Below are positions 1 to 8,794 of a stretch of 64,000 bases of DNA, piece after piece. Location of the stretch: NCBI GenBank assembly GCA_015232855.1, contig JADFYW010000001.1, forward strand, positions 56,830 to 120,829, given 5' to 3'. A model generated the notes under the pieces. The model saw only the letters and a program-made list of their open reading frames with translations. It searched no databases and was not told the DNA's origin. Position numbers and translations under genes: made by a program. The DNA is from Fibrobacteria bacterium. Lineage in GTDB: Bacteria > Fibrobacterota > Fibrobacteria > UBA11236 > JADFYW01. Each line of letters opens with the position of its first letter. Positions within the stretch are counted from its first letter, which is position 1.

Positions 1-1027
1 CAGCAACCGGGTGAATAGCATAGCGAACTTCCGCTCCGTTTTCTTCCAATACATCTCCCAGTTCACGCACGGCATGCTGTGCCTGAGCCACGGCAAGACC
101 ATAACCGGGAACAATTACAACTGAACTGGCTGATTCAAGAATGAGATATGCATCGTCTGCATTTATGGGTTTAACCGTACCTTCAATTTCCCCTTCTCCT
201 TCACCGCCACCTGGAGCAGCACCAAAACCACTGAATAAGACATTTATTAAAGTGCGGTTCATAGATTTGCACATAATATTGGTGAGAATGATACCACTGG
301 CCCCAACCAGAGAACCCGCTACAATCAGCAATATATTATTTACCGCAAAACCAGCTGCTGCAGCTGCAAGACCGGAGTAACTGTTCATGAGCGAAATGAC
401 AACCGGCATATCAGCCCCTCCAATGGGAAGTACACTTGTTATTCCCAGCAAAAGGGCCGCGACAATTATGATATAAAAATACAGAGTTCCACTGTCTGGA
501 TGCAACACAAATAGAAGACCAGCCACAAGAGGAACGCCAAGAAAAATTCCATTAATAAACATCTGTCCCGAGAACAGAAACGGTTTCCCGGATATGAACT
601 CACCAAGCTTTCCCCAGGCCATCAAACTACCGGTAAAAGTGATTCCACCAATTAAAACTGATAGAAAAACTGTAGCTGCTGTAAATGTATCCAGAGCAGG
701 TGTTTCCACATATACAGCCCATCCAAGCAATAAACTGGATATACCCCCAAACCCATTTAAGAGGGCAACCATTTCTGGCATACGCGTCATCACAATGAGC
801 CGTGCAACTAAAACACCTGCCAGGGTACCTACTATCATGCCACCAGCAATCCATTTATAGTCAAAGCCATTTCCTATTAACGTCACCAGTATGGCAAGCA
901 ACATACCCAGAGAAGACAGCATATTACCACGCCTGGCCAGATGGGTTTTCCCAAGCATTTTAAGGCCAAACACAAATAGCAAAGTGGAAATAGCGTAAAC
1001 AATTATTTTCAGATATTCAATATTCAT
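1..1027 (-). CDS. pntB: NAD(P) transhydrogenase subunit beta (PntB); 3' end runs off the left window edge
   Basis: Own translation of the minus strand from the ATG at 1027 gives MNIEYLKIIVYAISTLLFVFGLKMLGKTHLARRGNML. A polytopic membrane part follows, then ...VIVPGYGLAVAQAQHAV..., typical of the PntB NADP(H) domain. The frame is open to position 1 and starts 2 nt after the pntAB stop. Confidence 0.9.
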   Translation of the reverse strand, partial: MNIEYLKIIVYAISTLLFVFGLKMLGKTHLARRGNMLSSLGMLLAILVTLIGNGFDYKWIAGGMIVGTLAGVLVARLIVMTRMPEMVALLNGFGGISSLLLGWAVYVETPALDTFTAATVFLSVLIGGITFTGSLMAWGKLGEFISGKPFLFSGQMFINGIFLGVPLVAGLLFVLHPDSGTLYFYIIIVAALLLGITSVLPIGGADMPVVISLMNSYSGLAAAAAGFAVNNILLIVAGSLVGASGIILTNIMCKSMNRTLINVLFSGFGAAPGGGEGEGEIEGTVKPINADDAYLILESASSVVIVPGYGLAVAQAQHAVRELGDVLEENGAEVRYAIHPVA

Positions 1028-1029
1028 GA

Positions 1030-1305
1030 TTACTTCTTTTCCTTTTTCTTAAACATCTCAAGCATACGATCCGTGACCAGGTAGCCACCGACAACATTCA
1101 TAGTGGCAAAGGCTACCGCGACAGCTCCAAGCAACTGGGCAAGAGTTGAATGATTAGAGCCAGCAGCAACGATTGCACCCAATACCGTAATTCCAGAAAT
1201 AGCATTAGAACCTGACATTAAAGGGGTATGGAGGGTTGATGGTACTTTTGATATCAGTTCAAAACCCAAAAAAACTGTCAGAATGAGAACAAAAATAAGT
1301 TCCAT
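1030..1305 (-). CDS. pntAB: NAD(P) transhydrogenase subunit alpha part 2 (membrane part)
   Basis: 91 aa and hydrophobic, with ...HTPLMSGSNAISGITVLGA..., typical of the split alpha subunit. It sits between pntAA and pntB with 1-2 nt gaps. Confidence 0.9.
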   Translation of the reverse strand: MELIFVLILTVFLGFELISKVPSTLHTPLMSGSNAISGITVLGAIVAAGSNHSTLAQLLGAVAVAFATMNVVGGYLVTDRMLEMFKKKEKK

Positions 1306-1306
1306 G

Positions 1307-2449
1307 TTATTTACCCCCCGCTCTAAATTTTTTAATTGCTTCGTTCACGATTTCTCCTCCGTGGGTAATAAGACAGCCCTTTATTATTTCTTCTTCCTGA
1401 TTGAGGATGAAGGATTTTTTCTCATCATCCCAGTTATCATCCAGTAGATTAAAAAAGTTACTGGACAACATCTGACTTGCATGGAAAGCCGCATGACCTG
1501 CAAGATTTTCAATGCCGAGTACTTTCACACCATTAATATCCACAGTCTCACCGGGTTTTGACTTCTCAACATTCCCCCCGGATTCTACTGCCATGTCTAC
1601 AATAATGCTGCCAGGTTTCATCTGTTTCACCATTTCTTCTGTGATGATTACCGGTGCCTTGCGCCCAAATAGCTGGGCCGTGGTTATAACAATATCAGAG
1701 AGCGCACAATGTTTTGCCATTGCTTCCTGCTGTTTTTTTATTTGTTCAGGAGTAAGTGCCTTTGCATAGCCATCTTTCGTCTGACCGGTCTCCCCCAAAT
1801 CAACTTTAACAAATTTGGCACCTAATGATTTTACCTGTTCTTCTACTACCGGTCTGGTATCAAAGGCTTCTACTCGTGCACCCAATCGTTTTGCGGTGGC
1901 TATAGCTTGTAGACCAGCAACACCAGCCCCTATCACAAAAACCCTGGAAGGAGAAATTGTACCCGCAGGAGTCATCATCATAGGCAACAACTTTTGGAGC
2001 TGTTGGGCGGCGATGATAACGGCATTATACCCCGCAATTGAAGCCTGAGAACTCAATGCATCCATTTTTTGGGCTACCGTAGTTCGGGGAATCATTTCCA
2101 GACTAATCGCACTGGTGCCTGCAACAGCCAATTCATCGATCAGTTCCTGTTCATTATAGGGATCCAGATAACTGATATGAATTACCCCTTTTTGAAATTT
2201 CTCCATATCTGCTTTTTCTGGTTTACTTATCCGCAGTACCAGTTCAGCATCTCCATATGCCACATCCCGGTCACGGGTAAGAGTAGCGCCAGCCTCAATA
2301 TACTCCTGGTCTAAATAACCTGCTTTTTCTCCGATCCCTGTTTCTACAGTAATACTTGCGCCCTTTTTAACCAGTTTAGCTACATCCACAGGAATAATAG
2401 CCACCCGGGTCTCAGCATGGTGTGTCTCTTTAGGAATAAAAATTTTCAT
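1307..2449 (-). CDS. pntAA: NAD(P) transhydrogenase subunit alpha part 1 (alanine dehydrogenase-like)
   Basis: 380 aa. Rossmann motif VFVIGAGVAGLQAIATAKRLGA. The AlaDH/PNT N- and C-domain pattern and the operon context with pntAB/pntB fit. Confidence 0.92.
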   Translation of the reverse strand: MKIFIPKETHHAETRVAIIPVDVAKLVKKGASITVETGIGEKAGYLDQEYIEAGATLTRDRDVAYGDAELVLRISKPEKADMEKFQKGVIHISYLDPYNEQELIDELAVAGTSAISLEMIPRTTVAQKMDALSSQASIAGYNAVIIAAQQLQKLLPMMMTPAGTISPSRVFVIGAGVAGLQAIATAKRLGARVEAFDTRPVVEEQVKSLGAKFVKVDLGETGQTKDGYAKALTPEQIKKQQEAMAKHCALSDIVITTAQLFGRKAPVIITEEMVKQMKPGSIIVDMAVESGGNVEKSKPGETVDINGVKVLGIENLAGHAAFHASQMLSSNFFNLLDDNWDDEKKSFILNQEEEIIKGCLITHGGEIVNEAIKKFRAGGK

Positions 2450-2701
2450 AAAATTCTTCTTATTAGGGTTAAATTAATTCGATGCTCAATAATCCTTTGA
2501 TGTTTTCAAAATTTCATTCAAGTTATATGATACCTTTAATAGAAATAAATATCCAATCGTTTATTTCAATAGATTTGATAGAGGGTCACTATTAAAGAGA
2601 AGAACCATTTTCTCGAGAAATAGAGTCGAAACGACTCAGCGCCATAGACATATAATTTGAAAGAGTGAATAAAACCACTCCTGGTTTTCTGTGGGGGGGA
2701 C

Positions 2702-2977
2702 TTAATCCAGACCTGATTCGTTTCCGGTAATAATATTATAGATAAACTCAGCACCCTCATCAGTAATTCTTTTATTGTTGTCAAGAAAAATAGACTCTTC
2801 AAATACCAGGCAAAAAACTTTTGGTCTGAAACAAGGAACAATCAAATCATTTGATATAAAACGTTGAACCGTTGTTTTTATTTCTTCAACAGAAGGCGTG
2901 GAACCTACATCAAGTTTAAGCTCTGTAATAAGCAAACGGAGAATTTTATATAGTTCTGGTTTAACAACAGTATTCAT
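2702..2977 (-). CDS. hypothetical protein (91 aa)
   Basis: ORF with protein-like composition and no recognisable motif or Shine-Dalgarno. The overlapping 2566..2841 ORF looks like junk (F/L/S-rich). Confidence 0.3.
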   Translation of the reverse strand: MNTVVKPELYKILRLLITELKLDVGSTPSVEEIKTTVQRFISNDLIVPCFRPKVFCLVFEESIFLDNNKRITDEGAEFIYNIITGNESGLD

Positions 2978-3310
2978 ACAAATATTAGTTTTTTTAGTTT
3001 TTTGGTATTAGCAACCTAAACAAATAAAATATATCAAGAGTATATCTTCTATAATTTTAAAGTGCAATACAAAACCAATTTGCAGTAAATATTTTTGTCT
3101 TCTTCCCAGATTTACTACTATATATCATAGTGACTTGATATTAAAAGACTTACAAAACCACTTCGAAGATTCTATCCAAAAAGAGCTATGAAATGAATAG
3201 AAAAATCAAATCAATTAATATAATTTTTAATCAAATATTGTAATGGATTTTACAATTTGCGAAGCATACATAAGACTACGCAAAAAGTTTGGGGGGTCAC
3301 TTCTCGAAGC

Positions 3311-3340
3311 AAAAAGCCGGTGGTAACACCGGCTTTTTTT
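3311..3340. terminator. Rho-independent terminator hairpin, bidirectional in form
   Basis: AAAAA-GCCGGTG-GTAA-CACCGGC-TTTTTTT: a 7-bp GC stem flanked by an A-run and a T-run, about 105 nt downstream of the STAS gene stop. Confidence 0.75.
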
Positions 3341-3444
3341 CGTTTCACTTCATTACCAATAAATAAAATTATATTCAAGTATTATTAAGGACAGGCATGA
3401 TATGATTAGTAGTCTTAAAGTGAACATATACATCGGTAACGGCA

Positions 3445-3813
3445 TTAGTGGTTTTTTGTATCTTCGATATATCTAATCTGCGTTTTAAGATCAACGTCTG
3501 CATTCAACACTTTAAAGAAACCGGAGAGCCCTGCTTTCTGAAACGTCGTGAGGACCGTATCACAGGGGTTGAGGATAAAAAAATCACCACCAGATTTTTT
3601 AACTTGTTTAAAAATACTTAACAACACCGTGATAATAGTTGAATCGATATAATTGACATTTTTTAAATCAATGATGAAATTCTGGGGTTTCCCGAGCCTG
3701 ACATTTTCATTTACAAAATTGGAGAACTCATTTACTCTATCAATATCCCAATCTCTGAGCAAAGTGAGTACAAACCCATAATTTTCCTGTTCGATTTCCC
3801 AGAAGCTATCCAT
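3445..3813 (-). CDS. STAS-domain protein (anti-sigma-factor antagonist, SpoIIAA/RsbV-like)
   Basis: 122 aa. ...FIIDLKNVNYIDSTIITVLLSIFKQVKKSGGDFFILNPCDTVLTTFQKAGL... matches the STAS beta3-alpha2 pattern, with a Ser at the usual phospho-site (IDS). Confidence 0.8.
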   Translation of the reverse strand: MDSFWEIEQENYGFVLTLLRDWDIDRVNEFSNFVNENVRLGKPQNFIIDLKNVNYIDSTIITVLLSIFKQVKKSGGDFFILNPCDTVLTTFQKAGLSGFFKVLNADVDLKTQIRYIEDTKNH

Positions 3814-3940
3814 AATGAAATAAGTAAAAACTAAAAAGGGGTAACTAAAGTCCTGAATAAATTCAGACCTTAATACCAGTGAAGTAAAAATATTCTTCCA
3901 TAATTATACCATAAATCCAATATGAGTTGCAAGCATAGAG

Positions 3941-3972
3941 AAAAAGCCCCGGATAATTTATCCGGGGCTTTT
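3941..3972 (-). terminator. Rho-independent terminator after flgM
   Basis: GCCCCGGATAA/TTATCCGGGGC long inverted repeat flanked by A- and T-runs, 20 nt downstream of the flgM stop. Confidence 0.85.
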
Positions 3973-3991
3973 GAGTCTGGTAACCGGCTTC

Positions 3992-4282
3992 TTACAGCAA
4001 AGAGCTTACGATTTTGTCAGCAATTTTGGCCATTACCTCTTTGTCAAGCTGGTAATTGCCAGATTGGACCTGTTTTTTTACTGACTGGAAGTGCAATTCT
4101 CTGTTTGCTTCGTATTCAGTCGTCTTCGACTTGATTTGAGCATAGGAGGCAGCTTCTTTAGAAAGACTGACATTATCAGTGTCCACCATTTTATCATGGC
4201 CTTTCTGCAGCTCTTCAGGCAACTTAGAGCTCTTATAGAAGAGCTTCTGTGCGATTATTTGTTGTATTTTGCCAGTTTCCAT
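3992..4282 (-). CDS. flgM: anti-sigma-28 factor FlgM
   Basis: 96 aa. The C-terminal ...VSLSKEAASYAQIKS...FQSVKKQVQSGNYQLDKEVMAKIADKIV aligns by eye with Salmonella FlgM (VTLSDAQAKL...[25 protein letters not shown]). It is preceded by a sigma-28 type promoter. Confidence 0.8.
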   Translation of the reverse strand: METGKIQQIIAQKLFYKSSKLPEELQKGHDKMVDTDNVSLSKEAASYAQIKSKTTEYEANRELHFQSVKKQVQSGNYQLDKEVMAKIADKIVSSLL

Positions 4283-4309
4283 GATTTTTTCTCTTATCCT
4301 ATACTCTAT

Positions 4310-4336
4310 ATATCGGAACTTTAAGGAAGTTCTTTA
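4310..4336 (-). promoter_or_regulatory. sigma-28 (FliA/SigD) type promoter for flgM
   Basis: The minus strand reads TAAA-N15-TCCGATAT (consensus TAAA-N15-GCCGATAA/T). The -10 element ends 27 nt before the flgM ATG. Confidence 0.7.
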
Positions 4337-4466
4337 ACTTTTACTTAAAGTTTTTTTTGTAATTTTTGGCAAAATCTTATCATTTTTAAAAAATTTAAGG
4401 GATTTCGTATATAAAAAAACATATTTTTCTCCCATAATCTATTTCATTCTCAAACAGGAGGCGTTA

Positions 4467-5636
4467 ATGACAAAGCTTATTTTTCCAGTGTTTATCTCAC
4501 TACTGATACTTTCCGGTATTGGATATTCTTTTGAGATAAAGAAAATTTCACAACCAACAATATCATTTGGATCGGGAACAGGTTTAACCACTGCTCAACA
4601 AACATTAGTTAAGGCAGCAATCGAACCCACTTTAGGCGGATACCTAGATTCTACAATAGGTAAAGCAAATACTGCTCTGTCAGGCTTTAGCAACCAACAG
4701 GATCTTGCACAGGGTTTTGCAAACGCCAATACTTTTTCATCCCACTCAGGCACTTTTGCAGGCTACCAAAACTACAAACTGTTTGCTGTAGGCGGCGGTT
4801 TTATGATTGGTGTGCAGGCCCCCAGCCTTAACTTGAGTTATTACAGTAAAATTGCAGATGAAATTAATAGTGAAGGTGATCTGTATGCCGGAGTCGGTGT
4901 GAGTACAACCTTTTTGAATGTTGGAATTAATGCAGGCTTTCTCGTTCCAGGCTTGTACCTAAATGCTAAATGGGGGGGAACCGGTTTTGAAGTTGCTGAT
5001 TTTAAATATGATTTTCAGGTAATGGGTATTGGTGCTAATTACCGACTTTTAGACTCAAAAAGCTTGGTAGGCCTGATTAAATGGCGCGGGATTTCAATTG
5101 GAACAGGAGTATATTATCAGAGTAATACGATTGAATATACTGTCTCAACCGATCCTGTTTATCAGGATCTCCCTTTAGGCGACCTTATTTCTGCCCAAGT
5201 GGGCACAACCGCAGCTAGCGGACTAGGATTTAATGGCACTTCGGAAACACAGATGGCATTAACTCCAGAATTCACTATGGGATTGGATGTTGCAACAACA
5301 ACAATTCCAATCGATGCTGTTACCTCTCTCAGTGTCCTTTTCGGAGTATTAAACATTTATGGTGGAGTTGGTTTTGACATCAACTTTGGTTCCTGTGAAA
5401 TTGGCTTGTCAGGTACATCTATGGTAAATACAGATACACCAGACTCAACAAAAATGACTATTACTGAGGCTGAAGTTGAGTTTGATGGTCTAAGTGACAA
5501 TAGCCCTGTTTTCGCAAGACCACGTTTTATTACTGGCGTTGGTTTTGGTATTGGCCCGGTTAAACTCGATATTCCAATTATTTATTACCCCACAGCAGGC
5601 CTTGCTTTTGGGGTTTCAGGGATCGTGGCCTGGTAA
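4467..5636 (+). CDS. putative outer-membrane beta-barrel / surface protein
   Basis: 389 aa. AGGAGG Shine-Dalgarno; signal peptide MTKLIFPVFISLLILSGIGYS; Gly/aromatic-rich alternating segments; C-terminus ...GVSGIVAW. Confidence 0.7.
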   Translation: MTKLIFPVFISLLILSGIGYSFEIKKISQPTISFGSGTGLTTAQQTLVKAAIEPTLGGYLDSTIGKANTALSGFSNQQDLAQGFANANTFSSHSGTFAGYQNYKLFAVGGGFMIGVQAPSLNLSYYSKIADEINSEGDLYAGVGVSTTFLNVGINAGFLVPGLYLNAKWGGTGFEVADFKYDFQVMGIGANYRLLDSKSLVGLIKWRGISIGTGVYYQSNTIEYTVSTDPVYQDLPLGDLISAQVGTTAASGLGFNGTSETQMALTPEFTMGLDVATTTIPIDAVTSLSVLFGVLNIYGGVGFDINFGSCEIGLSGTSMVNTDTPDSTKMTITEAEVEFDGLSDNSPVFARPRFITGVGFGIGPVKLDIPIIYYPTAGLAFGVSGIVAW

Positions 5637-5667
5637 TTTGATATAAACGAATAAAAAGTACCTATAG

Positions 5668-5706
5668 AAAAAGACTGCTACCTATCCGGTAGCAGTCTTT
5701 TTTTTA
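5668..5706. terminator. bidirectional Rho-independent terminator
   Basis: GACTGCTACC-tatcc-GGTAGCAGTC, a 10-bp stem flanked by A5 and T9, between convergent genes. Confidence 0.85.
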
Positions 5707-5721
5707 GGTTATTTACCAATT

Positions 5722-5955
5722 TTATATACGCAGTAATACTTCGCTATATGCGCCCTGTTCAACCACACTTAACATTTTCTTTCCATTGGAATCACACCAT
5801 TTCCCGATTTCATGCATAAACCGGGGGCAATCAGAATGGATTTTCAAAGTAGAGCCTTCTGATAGACTATTGGCCTTAAGCACCAATTTCATCATAGGTT
5901 GCGGATGTCTCATACCTATACAATCCAAAAAAAGCTGCACTATCAGTTCCCTCAT
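5722..5955 (-). CDS. TusA/SirA-like small protein with the active-site Cys replaced (RHPQP instead of RCPEP)
   Basis: 77 aa. LDCIGMRHPQPMMKLVLK...IHSDCPRFMHEIGKWCDSNGKKML aligns with E. coli TusA LDALGLRCPEPVMMVRK...[22 protein letters not shown]. Confidence 0.7.
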   Translation of the reverse strand: MRELIVQLFLDCIGMRHPQPMMKLVLKANSLSEGSTLKIHSDCPRFMHEIGKWCDSNGKKMLSVVEQGAYSEVLLRI

Positions 5956-6048
5956 TTATACTATTTTTCATTATACCTTTTTTAAATCAAAATGAACAGA
6001 ATAACAAACAATTGAACAGACCCTCATGCAAATTTTGGTAGTTTGAGC

Positions 6049-6087
6049 AAAAAAAAACCGAATCAAATAAGATTCGGTTTTTTTTAA
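6049..6087 (-). terminator. Rho-independent terminator after the porin gene
   Basis: A-run, then CCGAATC-aaataa-GATTCGG, then a T-run, 15 nt downstream of the stop at 6102. Confidence 0.8.
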
Positions 6088-6101
6088 TATAGCAGGCTTA
6101 A

Positions 6102-7190
6102 TTAGAAAGTGAGTTTCCCGGCGATATCTATGATACCTCCCGTATAAGTATCCACACCTTTCACTTCTGTCATATAGAACTGGTATTCCCCGGCAATAGA
6201 AAAACCACCAACAATGGGGAAAATTAAAGTGCCGTACATGGTCATATTACTTTCAGGTGCTCCATCTGCCACATCAGAAGTAATCATTTCCTGAGCAAGA
6301 CCAAGAACAACATTCAAATGTGTATAAGGTTTGGAAGTAACATTTAACCAGTACCCCATACTTTCAATATCATCTCCGTTAATTCCTCGTTTACCCGCAA
6401 TGGTAAAAAGATCTGCGTCAGAGAAATTTTTGCCCATAGCAAATTCACCTTTCAAAGCAAATAACTTATGAAACAAAAAGTTTGCATCTATAAAAAAACC
6501 TGATGTACTATAATCACCTTCACCGCCAAAAACACTGTAAATTCCCGAAATACCCAACTGTGTGCTTCCAAGAAAATCAAGTCCAAAACGACCCTGGAAT
6601 TGGGGAACACCAGATACATTGTCCTGGCCTATATCCATATCTTTTTTTGAATCTTTAGCACCTTCTGCAATGGCCACTTCAAATACAGGCTTCATAATAA
6701 GAAGGTCGAGGGTATAGATGGCTTTAATTTGGCCTCTGCGAAAGCCATAATTACCATTTTTCCATAAATTTGCATTTGTATTATTTGTCGAAGGATTTAA
6801 GGGTGCAACTACATCCCATTGTTGCCCAAAACGTACTTCAAAAGCGCCGGTCTTTAACCAGGCAAAGCCCTGACGCATGCGAGGATTATGATTAGCATCT
6901 GCCACAACCCAGAAAAAATCAAGTTCCAGTTTTGCACCCACTTCCAATTCCCCAAATTCTTTACTTCCCGCAAGACCGAATCTTGAATGTTGGGCCGTAA
7001 AACTACTGGCATTGGTATCCAGCCCCGTTGCCTTTTGAGTACAGGTAATTGCTGGTGATCCCCATGATTCCAGGCCACCCATACTCTGGTAGTAATCTCC
7101 CTTAATAAATCCATAGGGTTTCAATTCAACCTTATCCGCAAGGGCAACACTTACCGCAATGAGGATAAGAAAAACAAGATGCTTTTTCAT
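6102..7190 (-). CDS. outer-membrane porin-like beta-barrel
   Basis: 362 aa. AGGAG Shine-Dalgarno; signal peptide MKKHLVFLILIAVSVALA; ...NPRMRQGFAWLKTGAFEVRFGQQWD... porin-like motif; terminal ...AGKLTF. Confidence 0.8.
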   Translation of the reverse strand: MKKHLVFLILIAVSVALADKVELKPYGFIKGDYYQSMGGLESWGSPAITCTQKATGLDTNASSFTAQHSRFGLAGSKEFGELEVGAKLELDFFWVVADANHNPRMRQGFAWLKTGAFEVRFGQQWDVVAPLNPSTNNTNANLWKNGNYGFRRGQIKAIYTLDLLIMKPVFEVAIAEGAKDSKKDMDIGQDNVSGVPQFQGRFGLDFLGSTQLGISGIYSVFGGEGDYSTSGFFIDANFLFHKLFALKGEFAMGKNFSDADLFTIAGKRGINGDDIESMGYWLNVTSKPYTHLNVVLGLAQEMITSDVADGAPESNMTMYGTLIFPIVGGFSIAGEYQFYMTEVKGVDTYTGGIIDIAGKLTF

Positions 7191-7255
7191 AATATCTCCT
7201 GGTTTGGTTTAACGATTAAAAAATAATTGCATTTAAACGGGAAAGTAGTCTATTC

Positions 7256-7280
7256 GGCAAAATCATCCAAATATTTTGCC
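7256..7280. promoter_or_regulatory. perfect 8-bp inverted repeat upstream of the porin gene (candidate operator)
   Basis: GGCAAAAT-N9-ATTTTGCC, 66-90 nt upstream of the porin start codon. Confidence 0.35.
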
Positions 7281-7562
7281 AAAAGTACAAAACTCAAAAC
7301 CAGTGTATTATAAAAATAACTGCTTACCAAACATCGTAACTATTTGTGGTTTTTTAGTTTGTTCGTTTTTGAATAATAATCGTTTAATTTATACGATGCT
7401 GTTGATCGGGCGTCGCTATGCTCCTTCAAACTCGGTTAACACCGCAACCAAAAGCTCTCGATTCCGGAGCGCGCAGCCTGCCCTTGGGGTACAAGCCGGA
7501 ATGACTTGGTTTTAGCTTTTTATTCTTTGCAAGACTCTTAACTTAATGACAGGATCGGAATT

Positions 7563-8660
7563 TTATTCCCTTATTATCTCTTTCAGTCTTCCGGACAAAT
7601 CATAATTGAGAACTTCAGGAAAATTGGTTTCAATGAGCTCTATCCATTTTTTTCTTTCTTCTTTTGACTTATACATCTTTTTCATGGCAAGCATAAGATT
7701 ACGGGCCAGGGAGCAGTCAATACCATGGGCAACTCCTTCAGCAAATTCATGCTGGGATGTTTCTTTATGATATATAGAAGGGCAGCCGAGAGAAATAGCT
7801 TCAAACAAGGGGAACCCCCAGCCTTCATAAAGTGAAGTGGAAACATAAAACATACAATTCTTATAAAGAGCGGTTATTTCAGCTTCAGTGATATACCCGG
7901 TAATCTCTATTAAATCGTGCATATTAAATAGTTCCATATACTCATGAACTTCTTGATACCCCCAGGCACGGTGGCCTGCAATTACCAATTTAGGAGGGTT
8001 ATCTATTTTTGATATCAATAAATGATAGGCAAGGAGTAGTGTTGCATGATTTTTGCGGGGTTCAATATTACCAACTGTTAAAATGTAGGGAGCCTGTATA
8101 ATTTGTTTAATTGCCGGGGTCAGTTCTTCTTTCCGATAAGATTCCTGAATATGCACTTTATTGATGGGCCTGAAAGCTTCAATTTTTTGGGCCGGTTTCC
8201 CGGTAAGTGTCTCTATTCTGGATTTAGAAAATTCACTGATAGTTAAAATTTTATCAGCACGCTCAATAATGCGGGGAAGCCTGTTTTTGTTATAATCATC
8301 AAATTTTGACGTCTGCAGATACAGATTTTCAAGAGGACCCGCGTCACACACTAATAGATAGAACAAAGATTTCGGATGAAAACGGGGAATAGTCTGCCCC
8401 AGGCATATTACTTTAGCAGGTAAAAAACGCAACAAAACCATTGGAAAAATAAAATGAATCCAAAACCGGAAAGGTTTTGCCCGCATTTCCACCTGCTTCC
8501 AGTTATCAGGTAATTCCAGTTTATCGCCTTTTCGAGTGATAATCACCACTTTTTTGTCTTTTAAAACCGGTTTCAGGGCATCGATAATGAGTTTGGAAAC
8601 ACGCCCCAAACCCGAGTCGTTACTTATGCCTATGGCTTCAATTAAAACTGTTGAATTCAT
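7563..8660 (-). CDS. glycosyltransferase family 4 (GT-B, GT1 domain)
   Basis: 365 aa. C-terminal ...STSLYEGWGFPLFEAISLGCPSIYHKETSQHEFAEG (E-x7-E signature). Confidence 0.85.
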   Translation of the reverse strand: MNSTVLIEAIGISNDSGLGRVSKLIIDALKPVLKDKKVVIITRKGDKLELPDNWKQVEMRAKPFRFWIHFIFPMVLLRFLPAKVICLGQTIPRFHPKSLFYLLVCDAGPLENLYLQTSKFDDYNKNRLPRIIERADKILTISEFSKSRIETLTGKPAQKIEAFRPINKVHIQESYRKEELTPAIKQIIQAPYILTVGNIEPRKNHATLLLAYHLLISKIDNPPKLVIAGHRAWGYQEVHEYMELFNMHDLIEITGYITEAEITALYKNCMFYVSTSLYEGWGFPLFEAISLGCPSIYHKETSQHEFAEGVAHGIDCSLARNLMLAMKKMYKSKEERKKWIELIETNFPEVLNYDLSGRLKEIIRE

Positions 8661-8794
8661 TTATTAAAATATTTTGTTTTTATTACTACTAATTCACTAA
8701 AATAGCACCAAAAAAACTTAATTAAAAGCTACAACTCTATTTTTTTTATTACCGTACATGTCTGGTTTATATTACAATAAATAAAGGTGCCAAA

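Noticed and set aside
2566-2841. 91-aa ORF overlapping 2702..2977 in another frame on the same strand (possible frameshifted pseudogene).
   Set aside because: Its translation is F/L/S/K-rich with no protein-like pattern. Joining the two frames does not produce a recognisable domain.
3230-3340. Possible plus-strand small RNA ending at the 3311-3340 terminator.
   Set aside because: The hairpin is symmetric (A-run/T-run) and is adequately explained as the terminator of the minus-strand STAS gene. No promoter or conserved structure is evident upstream.
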